From Podarcis cretensis (Eukaryota), in assembly GCA_951804945.1 (NCBI GenBank), contig OX638161.1, positions 29,450,001 through 29,514,000 of the forward strand: a DNA stretch of 64,000 nucleotides, given 5' to 3'. The stretch's first letter is position 1. Every line of letters starts with the position of its first letter. Below, one piece after another: positions 11,576-24,324 of this stretch. The translations under genes were made by a program, and so were the position numbers. The notes beneath the pieces were generated by a model that worked only from the letters and a program-made list of their open reading frames with translations, was not told the DNA's origin and made no database searches.

Positions 11576-13405
11576 TATACCTACATATCTTTTTCTTTTC
11601 CAGAGGCTTCCTTTTCAATGGCTTAGCAGTGACAGGTTCTTCATTCTAGCAGACTCTGACAGTTAATTGTAGCCAGCACCTCCCTCTTTCCTACAAACTG
11701 AAGCTTCTGGAGTTATGAATGTTATCATCTGATCAGCCTATGCAAAGCATTTTCACACATTCATCAACTGCTCAGGTTTGGACAGAATATTTAAGTATCG
11801 TTTGGATTGTTCTGGGCCTTGGGTCTCTTCTTCTTGTGCTTTGGTTCTACTGATTTTCTCCCCTTTCACTTCTAATGCTCTCTTTGCAGCTGACAGAAAG
11901 GCCATCTCCTCTAACGCAGCCAGATGTTTCAATGCCAAGGAAGCTCACAGTTAAGTTCTTTGAGCTAAGATTCCTTCAGAGAAACTAAAAGACAGCCCAG
12001 CAAACTGTTAGTGGATGTAGCACAGGCTTTCTCCCATATGAGTGCTTTGAGCTGATTTACAAAGTCTATCCAAGATCTCTTTGCACAATTTGGGCAGTTC
12101 TGGCAGGATTCAACAGCATGCCCCGCTCTAGGGAATATTAGACAATGGTCATGCTCAACTGACAATAGGATCTTTTTTCCAAAGATGGTGCATTAACAAC
12201 CCCCATGAGCCATTTATGACTAGCAGTGTTCACTGGAACCCATATAATAATATAATAATAATTTATTATTTATACTCCACCTATCTGGCTAGGTTTCCCC
12301 AACCCATGAAGATCAGGTTACCCTTCCAGAAGGGATTTCAACATTCCAATTTACTCTACTACAAATTCTGAAAAGCTGGAGGGAAAAAAAGAAATACCAG
12401 TGCTAATTGTTTCACCTGCTTGCCTGCTGTGCAAGATGCAAAAATATTAAGTCTTTCAAGCAGAGGAGGAAGACTCATGCCTCCTTATTGCAGAAGTTCC
12501 AAAAGGTCCCAACTGTAATGTCAATATCTGTTATTTAGGAAACTCTTTGGTTCCCCCCCAACCCCCCCCATATGAAACTATGAAGAGACAATGTAGAAAG
12601 GGATGTTCTTAAAGAAGATACATACATGTATTTTCTATTCACATAGTTCCTCAAAAAAAAAAAAGGAATAGCTTGAGATGCCTAAAATCATGCAAAATTT
12701 CATACAGCAAATTGATTTTTTTTTAAAGTTAATGCAAATGTATTTGTAAAGGAAGTAGCCCACCTTTATTATGGAAGGACCACTGTTAAGCATTTTCTCC
12801 TGCCTATAGGTCATACCATCTATCACCTTTAGCTGACACCCCATACAAAGGGTAGCCAACATGATCACCCTCAGCTGTTGTGGATAACAATGCCCATTAG
12901 TCTCAGCCAGTGTGATCAATAGTCAGGGATGCTGAGAGTTGTAGTCCACAACATCTTGAGGACACCACATTGGCTACTCCTACCCTACTTTATTTCTCTT
13001 GGATGCAGGTGAGCAAAAAAATAATAAAACAAAAACCCTTACACCCTTTGGATGTTTTTACACGAGGCTTGATTGTACGTTTACATGTGCACTGTGCAGC
13101 ATTTGTGCCATGTGTAAGTGTAGTTAATGGATGGGTAGAATACAGAATGGAAAGGGAGAGAAAATTATAGCCAGTGTATGTTTCACATTAGCATTAAACA
13201 GATTTAAGCCAATGCCAGCATAAGTGAAACATTCTTTGTTTAATACACACCACAGTGATCTCTGACAGCTATTAGATAAGCTAGAATGGGAATGCATGAT
13301 GAGAATCAGAGACTTGAGAGAATGATGAGACACAGCTTATATAACAAGTTTCTGATCAAGGCCAAGATCAGTTAGCTCCATTCTTGCTTTACCTGTATCT
13401 TATCT

Positions 13406-13530
13406 CAGTGTTGGCAAAACTTGGGTCTTCAGCTACAACTCCCATCATCCCTAGCTAACAGGACCAGTGGTCAGGGATGATGGGCATTGTAGTCCCAAAA
13501 CAGCTGGATGGTCAAGTTTGGCCATCACTG
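13406..13530. mobile_element. hAT-type MITE
   Basis: TIR CAGTGTTGGC/GCCATCACTG; 8-bp TSD tcttatct/tctgatct; internal ctacaactcccatcatccc palindrome. Older relatives near 12850-12985, 41150-41285 and 45050-45150. Confidence 0.75.
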
Positions 13531-13886
13531 TCTGATCTAATTGGTTATAAGACCTGCCAGTGGAGGATCTCAGATGAAGTGAAAAGAGCTAAAATTCCAC
13601 AAAATATAAATTGGGGTGGCTATTGGTGAGAAGAAGCAGCAGCATCCATGCAGGATAAGCATGCAGCCATTGTATTAATGGATTGTACTCACACCCCAAG
13701 TCCAAATGAAGCAGACAGCCATGGATGTAGAGCAGTGCCACACAAACATTTTTGTTTCCTGTCAACTTATCAGGGAAACTGCTGAAGCAGCAGGATTCAG
13801 GGAGAGATGTGCAAAATCATTTGTGGTTTTAGCAGCCTTGCTTTCTTTAAGCAGGACAACTGAGCAACACACACACATGCACACAC

Positions 13887-14615
13887 CTTTCAGAAGTGGC
13901 AATCGACTGCTTTGTTTCTCTGGTGTACAATAGGCAGCTTTTTTTCCAGAAGCCTTTTGCAGTTCTGAGGCCTGCACAGTTTCCAATGTCTCCCCTTCCA
14001 GGGAGATGCTCTCCCCTGAAAGCTTGCCTGCTTCTAGTACACATTCCAAAGTTTTGCTCTCCTTCGGGACATTAGCTTCAACCTCAACTTGGTAAATATG
14101 CTCAGAGGGGTCCAGTTCTGCAACCATGGCACACCTTTCATCTTCTGATACGAATGGCCTTCTCTCATCCAGACTATCCTGCTGAGTTGTTTCATCAGTG
14201 TCTCTGTCTTCAACCTTTATCTGTCCAAATACAACTTCTTTCAAATCACCTCTGAAGTAGAGTGATCCATCAGCTGTTGGGAAATATGCCGTGTGAGCAA
14301 TTCCCACCGGCTTGCTTATCGAAATCAGCAGGGAATCTCTCAAAAGTCCCATCCCTTCCATCATTTTTAGGCTGGCTGGTCCCAATCCTGCACCAACATT
14401 TTTAGGTACTGATGTTGTAGGCACGCGAATAACCACTTTCTCAATAAGATCCTGCAACTGATTATGAATTCTGAAGACAGCCTTCTCCTGGCTTCTTTCA
14501 GCTGTGTGGAACTCCATGTATCCATCTGGCATCTTTAGCAAAGTGGCTACATAAAAGGGTTCCACACAATCTGCTTGTTGGGCTTTATCTGTCTGTGCAG
14601 ATTCAATTTCATTGC
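13887..14615 (-). CDS. MAPT: Tau exon 4A ('big tau' exon), 729 nt / 243 codons
   Basis: Long open frame between exons 4 and 5. Acceptor ctgcttcactag|GC, donor AAAG|gtgtgt, phase 1-1. EDRDTDETTQQDS, QVEVEANVPKE and SRLPLLK match human 4A EDRDVDESSPQDS, HVEITPNVQKE and SRVPQLK. The 5' boundary is less certain than the 3' boundary. Confidence 0.85.
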
Positions 14616-15851
14616 CTAGTGAAGCAGAGATTCTCTCCCCCCCTCCAAATCTCTAGCCCATGATCTCCCACAAAGGGAGTAAATTCTAGGAAATGTGAGG
14701 GTAGCTATAATATGCCTTGGATGATTTCATAGGTGCTCAGATAAATAAGCTATTTTGGATTTTGAGTGATTTCATTCTTAACCCATTTGCAATGTGTTCC
14801 TAAATTCTTGGTTCCACTCTCCTCAGCAATACTGAGGTATGCAGTTCTATTAAGGTATACAAGAAGGGCATTAAGCACAGTAAGAAGTTAGCATGTTTAT
14901 ATCAATACAAAGCCATTTTTGGAACACTACTAAATTAATTATAAATATTTGAGAGAATATCATTAAAAGAGCAAAACTGAATACCACACCACCATTTGCT
15001 ATAGTCAACTCTACTTTGGTTAGCCTAAAAGTAGTCCTCAGAACTCCTAATCTGTTTGAATATTGTACTTCTCAAATGTGAGTTACGATAATGAAACACA
15101 AACACAAGCATTTAACTTATAAAATCTATCAAATATTGCAAAATAATAGAGGCTGATACTGGATGTATAAAAAAAATACACCTCTATTATCAAAACAATT
15201 CTACGAGACATACACATATTTCTTCCCATTTTCAAGAGTTACTTCAACCAGTTTGTTGAAGTAATTCAAAAATTAAATCTGTAGGTTAATTACCTGAAAA
15301 CTTTCATTTTCATAACATCTATCATTATTCTGTAATCTTATTCACTCATGGCCTTTATCACTGTAGTACTAAATGTATTTCTGTTATTTTGGGTTATAAA
15401 AGGCATGCTAAAAAAAAAAAAAAAAAGTTCACAGCTTTAGGGCCACAATGGCAGCGTTCCACCACACTCAATCACCACCATCCACCTCCCTTTCCTATAC
15501 TTTTTACTAGTTCTCTACTATCTTTTTTGAGGCATGTTGCTAAAATTCTAAAACAGTAGTGAAGGTGAATGGCCTCCACAATAAACAATGGTTTAACAAT
15601 GATTTGTTCTATGCATTAGCCTCAAGCTAATGACTCCCCCTTCCCCTCCAGTTTGGCTGTAAGGAGGAGACAGGGAGCTTTGACTTTTGATTTCAATTAA
15701 CCACAGTCAAACACTGCATCCCAAACCTTAACCGTATTTTATCTTAACTTTAATTAGTTGAAAAAAGCCAGCATCACAGACTATTGTTTGAAGTATGCTG
15801 GTTTCAACTGAACAGAATCAACAAACCACAATTTGTCTTGATTTGAACATA

Positions 15852-16080
15852 CAGTGGTATCTCTGGTTACGTACTTAATTCGTTCCGGAGGTCCATTCTT
15901 AACCTGAAACTGTTCTTAACCTGAAGCACCACTTTAGCTAATGGGGCCTCCTGATGCTGCTGCCGCGACACCGCTACACGATTTCTGTTCTCATCCTGAA
16001 GCAAAGTTCTTAACCCGAGGTACTATTTCTGGGTTAGCGGAGTCTGTAACCTGAAGCGTATGTAACCCAAGGTACCACCG
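15852..16080 (+). mobile_element. Tc1/mariner MITE, copy 2
   Basis: Near-identical to 8071-8312, same orientation, TA TSD. Confidence 0.9.
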
Positions 16081-16556
16081 TATTGCTTAACTGCAGTCAG
16101 TTCAAATGGACAGAATTTTTTTAAAAACTCTTCCTAACCATGCCAGAGGAGTGTGAAAACCCAAGACTTCCTGTGGTTCATTTCACTAATGAAAAACAAT
16201 GGTTTATGGTAATTCCCAAACAAGACCAATCACTGATTTAATAAGGGGTATTGCAGTATTGTCTGTACTGTACTAAGTTCCATTAATTTCCTTAATAAAA
16301 CAGTGCAGCACAAAAGATGATGGAAGTATAAGGATTCCAAGATGCTTTCCTTCAGGGTAACAGCAATTGCAGAACCCAGCAAAAATGAAAATAGGGGATT
16401 CAACCATAAAAAGAAAAGCAGGATTGCTAATATTTGTGGGCTATAAAAAAGGACGCAACACACCAAATATTATTTCTCTGATTGTAACTTCCATTCCGAC
16501 CCAGCAGTCCAGAGCTTAGCATTTTAAGTTCTGCAGAGCAACAATACTGTACTTAC

Positions 16557-16619
16557 CTTGAGCATCCCCCGCAGCATGGTCTTCAAGGCTAGAAGTAGAG
16601 CCTAAGTCTGCTTCCTCAG
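16557..16619 (-). CDS. MAPT: Tau exon 4
   Basis: atgtag|CT...AAG|gtaagt; 63 nt. AEEADLGSTSSLEDHAAGDAQ versus human [22 protein letters not shown]. Confidence 0.95.
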
Positions 16620-18719
16620 CTACATTTTTCAAGTCGAGGATGGGAAAATGGTTTCAACATTAAAAATGGTACAAGACAAATGCCTCTAACCTTCTTACCA
16701 GTTTTACTTAATTTTTTTTAATATCAGAGGAATAAAATATATTGAACCTGAATGGCAGCACATTTAAATGAAAATGGGATGAAATGGATAGAAACATCCC
16801 CTCTCAAACAAATCAGCACTGATCTACTCTTGAGCCATATTCAGCAGTGAATTATGTCCAGAGCATGGAGAAGGATGTAGTAAAATTGACAGCTTTTATA
16901 AAATAGAATCTTACTAAAAAACAAACAAATAAATAAAATAAAATAAATCTGACCATATATATTGCAATGAATTTATTTTGAAGCTTCTCAAAAGTGAGAG
17001 TATCCTTCCCTACAAAATGGTTAACAGCCTGATACTATGCAGACCTGGGTTTGGCTATACTCATTTAGAACAATGGGAGCAAGCATATCTAGGAGGTACA
17101 AGCAGTTTCTTGATTTTTTTCCTTCAACCTCAGATTTAGTGCATGCCTTCACAAAGTCATAGAGCAAAGTGTAGCACACCTATTTAACTGGTCAATCCCC
17201 CCACCCCCATATTCCCTTGGGGGGGGGTCTTGAAGTCCCAAGTCCCTGCTTCCTCCATAAGGTATGATTAAGATTGATCTGCCCATTTATCTTGGTTTTT
17301 AATGGAACACATTTTACAAGGCTCAGTTATTTGTTTCATAACTTGAGGACTGTCTCCAGGGGCTGTTTTTTACAATATTGTTATGAGCTTGAACTGCCTT
17401 GATTATTTTTATTGAGTCTATCATTATTGCTGCTGCCTACAGTGTCAATTGATGGGGTTAGGGATTTGTCAAATGAACATTAATCTTCCCTAGTCACTGG
17501 GGATATTTTCCTTAATGGTCTGAAAATCTCTCTCCTCCCAACCAGCCTGTGGAATATGACACAAATCGGAGCTAGCAGGAAGAGCAGAGAAACTGTTTAT
17601 ACTGGGTCTGAATTTAGAGAGAATGATGCAAATTTAGTTAAATTTAAATCATCAAATGGGGAGAAATTAACGGGATTTATAGGGGCATAAGTAGTTGTTC
17701 TTTTTAGAAAACTGATGAAGGATCACTGCTTTTCCTGTTGTAGCAGTCAACTGCTTCCAGGCCACTTCTATATTTGTAAATGGAAAGACAAGTTGTTTGC
17801 TTGTAACTAATGTTTAAGTGGTCTTCTGTGCAATCAGAACATACGGATTCTGCATCTGCACAAAGCAACATCTCAAAAATGTCTAGAGTTTTAGAAATTC
17901 AGGAGCTCACACTGGCTTTCTCCCCTTGAGTGGGCAGGCCCTGCATGATGCTTATGCCTCAAGGGACAAGCAAGTGCTATCCCACTCATGAAGTAATTTG
18001 ACTTTTTATTCGTGGGCTCCACACAGTCACATATATGGAGATTACCAAGATGACCTACCTGAAGGTGGATGGAGGCAGCTCAATTGAACCAGTTATGTAG
18101 GCTGACTCTCCTAAGGGTTGTATTTGCCCTGGCCCTCATATAGCTAGCATGGTCTGTGATAAAAGATGATGAAGTAGATCAGGTAGCTGATTGGCAGAGC
18201 TCTGGCAAAGGTGTAGCCTATGAAAGTGCTGCTGAATTGTGACTTGTCCCTTCAATAGGAGAGCGCAAACGGGCTAAGGTGTCAGAATGAAAGAGAGATA
18301 AAAAACCACGTCTCCTAAACTGGCAAGTCAATTCAACAGTGTATGTTGGCCAAAAATAAATATATTGAGAAAAAATAGGCATCCCCTTTCAAAGACTTTG
18401 TTAGCATATGAAAGTCCAAACAGAAAGCCAAAGTATTTTTTCCAGATATAGATATAGGAGGGTGGAACAAAAAGCAGCTTCATGATCATCTTTAGACCAC
18501 TTGTTGATATCAAAGGCCTATAAAAGCACACTGTCAGATGAGGCATTTAGATGAGAGGCTCCTTTCCTGCATGCTTACCTAGTGTGCATAAAACCAACAG
18601 AGCACAAAACTACTTTGCATATCTCACCTGCCAGCCCTAGGGTAGGGTGAATCAGGAGAAAACCTGGAACTTAGCAGTCACTGAACAAAGGAAAGGAATG
18701 ATAATGTGTACAAAGAAGT

Positions 18720-18918
18720 GGTTGTATCCAACTAAATTTTACTCTTAGATGGCCCACTGGGTAGTACTCAATGTTAGTCCTACTCAGAGTTGATTCACTC
18801 ATTTCAGTGGGTCTATTTTGAGTAGGACTTAGGTCTATTAATTTCAATGGGCTGCATTCAACTAAGTCAGTCATGTCCATTAGTTTCTATGGGTCTACTC
18901 TGACACTGAATGTAACCA
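18720..18918. repeat. Old palindromic dispersed repeat
   Basis: ggttgtatccaac...gggtctactctga...caacc family, also at ~40365-40467 and ~47952-48059. Confidence 0.5.
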
Positions 18919-19720
18919 CAAAGCTGAACTACTGTCTGGATTAATTTTGAGAGAAAAGTAAGGAAAAAACCCTCCCAAAATCTCAAAAGGATAATATGTT
19001 CTATGATGCTGTTCAGGCAACAACCAAAAAACAACAACAACTGGACAGGAACTTGCCTGTCTCCTGAGAGTCATTCATAGCTTAAGATCCACTCATTTAA
19101 GAAAAGAGAACAAGGGCCAGCTCCTGCTTTCTGAAGCACTATTTATTTGTTTTTTTTGAGATGTTGCTCCCTACAGGTACACAACCCACTTGTGTGACTG
19201 CAAAGAAGAACAAACATTACAGACATATTGTAAGTATACTGTGTTCTCTTGTTTCAGAAATGAAACTCTGTAGTCCTGCCCTGTACTTTTTCTCACTCAG
19301 GGAAGCAGGGAATGCATAACAGTACAGTAAATGGTATGGAGGACCCTGCTGTAGCAATGGTGCTCAAATTAAGCAAGTGTGCACCTGATCATTTGGAGCC
19401 TCATGTAAACTGACTCAGAGCTTTATAAAGTAAGAGGGGGATGTAACTATGATACGTACATATACACAAACAGAATACATAAATTTTGCATCAGTTATAA
19501 ATGGTGCACACATGTATAAATATTGAGATCTCCCCTTAAAACACAGCAAAAGATGTCTTTTTACATGGATCTTTAATAGTTTAATTTGTAGGGGTGTGTG
19601 CTATTAATAACTAATGCGAAGCACATATATACTAAACATACCAGGAAGGAATTTGGTCATGTGTGAAGAGGCCCTATTTCAATCTTTTCTTCATACCATT
19701 TTCTTCCTAAGAGGCCTCAC

Positions 19721-19807
19721 CTGTATTTCCTTCAGGTATCTCTGCATGCTGGCGAGTTGCATTTCGATTCTCATGCACTCTCTCCTCCACTAATGGAGCA
19801 GTAGCAT
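19721..19807 (-). CDS. MAPT: Tau exon 3 (N2 insert)
   Basis: tttgtttcag|AT...CAG|gtgagg; 87 nt. DATAPLVEERVHENRNATRQHAEIPEGNT. Confidence 0.96.
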
Positions 19808-21638
19808 CTGAAACAAAAAGGCAAAATGAAGCAACTGTCACTTTAAAAGCACTGAAAAACAAAATTCTTCAGATATTAGCTACTTGAAGAAAATGAAGTA
19901 ATAGCCTGCTGTAAAAGATGGCAACTCAAAGGCAGTCATGTACCATGTTTTCTTCAGATGAGATGAGGATGGGGTTTGCATCCAGAAGCAATAGCCAATT
20001 TAACCTAAAAGGTTTGGGATATAAATCTGCATACTAATTATTGCTCAAAGCCACACAAACTGCAAGCTTGAAAAGGAATATGAACCAGAAGCTCACATCC
20101 AAGACCCTTGTTCAATTCATTCCACCTCCTTGAAGATAAAATGTGTAGTTCTCCTCACCCCCATGTTTACTTGTCAGCTCATGGAGTCATCCAGAGGTTT
20201 GTAGGTGGCAGACTTTCATGGACTCATTTTTGATTCTTCTTGATCAAGGGGATACCTAAACTGAGCCCTGGCACATGTGACATAGGTTTGTGTTTATGGG
20301 TGATCAAAATAGGAAAGTGGCCATACAAAGAACAGAGGGTTCACCACTAAGTCTGATGGCAAAAATATTAAACATGACACCAGAAACTTCCCAAGCGTGT
20401 GCAGTGTCTGTTTTCTTGGGTAGGTCAGTGGTGTTAAAGGCCTTGACTTACCACTCATGGCAAGTTACAGAGTATACAATTTATGTTCCGCTACCAACTC
20501 CTTAACCCACGTTTTTCACTCAAACAAAGCAAGAGACAGAACATAGACAGGACAAACAATGAGACAGACAATGGGAGATTATTATTTTTTTACTTTTACC
20601 TCCAGTTTTTTCTGAGAGAAGAGATATAGGGACAGCAAAGTTGACTTGACTGGCTTATTTACTAAATTTATATCCTGCCCTTGCTCCCAAAGAAGCCCAG
20701 AGTAACAAGTGATAAACTATTATTATGTTAGCTATTTTGGCCCTTTTCAAAGGACTGGCACATAGATCCACTGTCCTTCTTCAGCTAAAGATCTTTCGAG
20801 TGAATAATTTTTATAAGATCTTTTCCCTGTTTTGTTGATTTCCCTAACAATACTGATGCCAGGAGCTCAAAATGTCTGATATCCTTCAAAATATTTCTGT
20901 TTGATGATGTTCTAAGGATATGGTTACAAATAAATTTGCTTCAGTTTTGTGTATTGTTCAATCTTTGATATTTGTTGCCAAAATTCCATCTACTCACCTG
21001 TGTTGCGCAATAATGATTTCTGGATTATAATATATTAATGAACAATATTTCTTTCAGTTCTTAAATGACTAGCACATCATCAGTTTGTTTGCAGTATGTA
21101 AGACAGCAGTCTAGTTAAGCTTGCATACAATACAAATCCCTATTATGCTTATAAATTTACAGTGTAGATGCTGTAGGAAGACCAGAGTTCGTGAAATCAA
21201 GTTCAGTTTGGCAGTGACTGTAGTATAGATAGAGCCTTAAGTAGTATAGATAGAGCCTTAAGAGAAAGTGGCTACAGTCTGAATTTTCTTCAGTGGGCTA
21301 GAAAGGGCCTTCCTGCAGACAAAGTTTTTCTGTTTAATTTCTTACTGCATAATAATTGTTAAAATAATGTCAAAATCTAACACCCTATCAAGGACCTTGA
21401 ATATATTATTTGGCTGAGTGTAGACATGCTGGATTTGAGGAAGTAGGAATGCAGTTTATCCTGTGTATAGTGATTCTTGTGTCAGCAACTGTCAAAACTA
21501 AATACAGATAATTTAAAATTGGAAGCAACAATGAAAGAAAGTCTCTGCTTATTTGGGAGGGAAACATATTGGTGCACTTCTAAAAAATAAAGTGCTGACT
21601 GCTGTGAATTTCAAAGTAACGAGACAAAGAGTTCCCAC

Positions 21639-21725
21639 CTTCCACAGTTGGGGTACTCTTAGCATCAGAAGCCTCAGACTCTGGTTCATCAGATCCATCA
21701 TCAACTGGTATCTGGAGGGGAGAGC
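21639..21725 (-). CDS. MAPT: Tau exon 2 (N1 insert)
   Basis: tatttccag|GC...AAG|gtggga; 87 nt. GSPLQIPVDDGSDEPESEASDAKSTPTVE. Confidence 0.96.
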
Positions 21726-24324
21726 CTGGAAATACACACATTCAGCACTCAGCAAAAGGAGATCAGTTCTGGAGTATGGCCTGTCCTTGGTGCAAAATGT
21801 GCTTAATTCATCTTCATAATGCAGAGTGTGCATGCATATGTGACCGTCAGCTAGCAGAAATATGAGGCATTAGCAAGAAAAGGCAGGACTAGAAAACGCC
21901 AAATTCAAGTTTCAGTGGCAGCATCAAAGCAACTAAGGTGAAACTGTTAAAAGCAACTGATCAGTGAGGTGCATCAACTGGCAACAAAAACAAAAGCAAA
22001 AAATCAAAAAGTCCAAAGATGACAGATTTTTTTCCCTTTTACTACTAGGTTCAGATCACTACTACTACAATTTTAAGAATTTTGTGGGCCATGCCTTGCT
22101 TTGCATGAAAGTGCACTTCCAAATACTAGAGCATGACAGTAATAAGGAGTTCTTTATATAAGAAAGCAAACAAAAAATGTTCAGAGCAATTTATTCTGTA
22201 AAGGTAAATAAGTCATTCATCACCACAGTTGGTCACTGTTGTCAGGAATTTGTCAATTCCCACTTTTTAGAATCAAGAGGTAGATATCTACTTTTTGTAA
22301 TAGGGAGTCCAAAAGAGCAGGAATCCACAACCTCCTACAATTTATGCATAAAGGACTTAGTGACAAAAATGAGCTTGAATTGTGGCAGTGTTTGGGGACA
22401 TAATTCTCTATTTTCTTCAGGATCTGAGCCTCTTTAGTCTTCCAAAAGATGTTACTGGCTGAAGAGGGGAAGAATGTGGGTGTTCTTAGTTATGTGGGCT
22501 TGGGCAACATGCAGAGTATCTACTGAGAAGAATTTGAGAAAGCGTTACTGTGGACCTCATTTTTTTAGTCTCTCTGCTGACATAACAGACTTTTCAGAAC
22601 TTTTATCAATTCCTTTATACCTGTACGATATAAAGATGACTTGATTTTCTCCCCTGTATCAGGAGGCAGCCCTAATGACTGAATGTTGTAAATGGACAAG
22701 AATCATGAGCCAGGAAGTAGACAAAGGCAGGCTGCGGTTACAACGAAAAGTTACTCTAGACCCCACACCATAATTCTAAGTCCAAGAGAACCAAAACTGC
22801 ACAGAGAGAAAATGGAAGTTGCTTACCTGCAGCTAAGTGCTTTCCAAGTGGCTCTGGACAATCACAATAAATTGGTGACGTGCATACAAATCACAACAGC
22901 ATGGAAATATTTGTAGTGGTGCATGTGGTTTGGGAGGTAATGCCCAGAGCCTATACATAGAGGCCAAGTCAGCTGAAGAGGAAGTCAATGGGTACTTTAT
23001 TTATATGTGCAAATGGTGGAAGGAGAAAGGACTGTAAGAATACCCTCACTTTCTCCTCCTATTTGCACTAACGACTAAATAGTTCCATTAAGGGAGATCA
23101 TTAAGAAGTTTCTGTATGGAACAGAAGGAAAGCTCCCACATACTGCATATTTCTCCAAGTGAAAAGGTCAAGGATTTGATAATTCAAAATGAAGTGGATT
23201 GAAAACAACAAGGTAGTTCTGAAGTTAAGCCAAAATGCAGCCTGAGCTCTGATTAACTGTGAGGTTAATAGTCCTGATGCTATGGAGACATCAGGGCCTG
23301 AAGGCACCTCATGCAGCAACTGATCAACTCTATGTCTAGTCAGTGCCTGTGTGGGAGCCTCCCTGGCAACACCATCTTGAGTTCTATTGAAGAGGACAGA
23401 TAAATGTACTAATTATGACATATCTGTCATATCTATCTACTGCTCTTTCGGAGATTAAAAAGGTAACTACATAAGGGCACAGTGGATATGTGAAGGGTAA
23501 CTTCCTTCTGTATGAGCCTGACTACACACAAAGGTCCTCTACAGAGACCTTTCATTGCTTTCAAACAGACATTTCATTTGAAGGAGTCAGTGGGCTTTTT
23601 CTTGTGTCAGGCCCAGACTTTGGAACACTCCGGCTAAGAAAGTTATTTTTGTTTCCTGCTTGCTGGCCTTCCACCACAGAATTAAGAATTCATGCTTAGG
23701 AAGGCTTTATGGCTTTTGAGGGGGTACTGTATAGCTTGGTCTTGACATAATTGGTATGTAATTCTTCTGTTCATGTTATATATTTTACTGCTACTGCTGT
23801 TAAAAGTTTTATTTGCTGGCTAGGTATCTTTGCTGTTTTTATTGCATCTTATTATTTCTGTTGTAAGTAGAGACAAGGCAGGTTGTTATTCTTCCTAGGC
23901 ATCAACAGGAACATCCCCCACAATTGGGATCTCAGCTGTATTTCTCTGTTGGGTGCTTTTTTTTTTTTTAATGAAAAAGCTTGGCACTGAGGATACAACA
24001 GTGCACACTGTTTTTGAAAAGGCTCATTTAAGCAACTCTAAAACTGGCTTGAGCTAGCTATAAACTAATTTCTACTACTCTCTTCTGCTGCTCCTCACAC
24101 TAGTCAGAGATAAAGTCTTCAGCAGCAAATAATCCCACAGTACCCCACAGTAAACATTTTCTAGCAGGTACTGTAACCAACTCTCACAGATAAGAACTTT
24201 CCTGTGGTATTATTACTGATTTCATAGGGGGTAAAGGACAGAATAGTCATCAGACTTTTGCTGCCATGTCCCATAACAAATCAGTCTGGAAAGATCCTGC
24301 CATGAGTATAAAAAGATGAAAAGA

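Noticed and set aside
13762-14565. 267-aa ORF as an independent gene
   Set aside because: It is MAPT exon 4A read past its donor into the intron; it starts at GTG and has no promoter evidence.
21220-21262. Short direct repeats as a CRISPR-like or regulatory array (also 31184-31220 and 46750-46802)
   Set aside because: Simple two-copy tandem duplications without spacers, in eukaryotic DNA.
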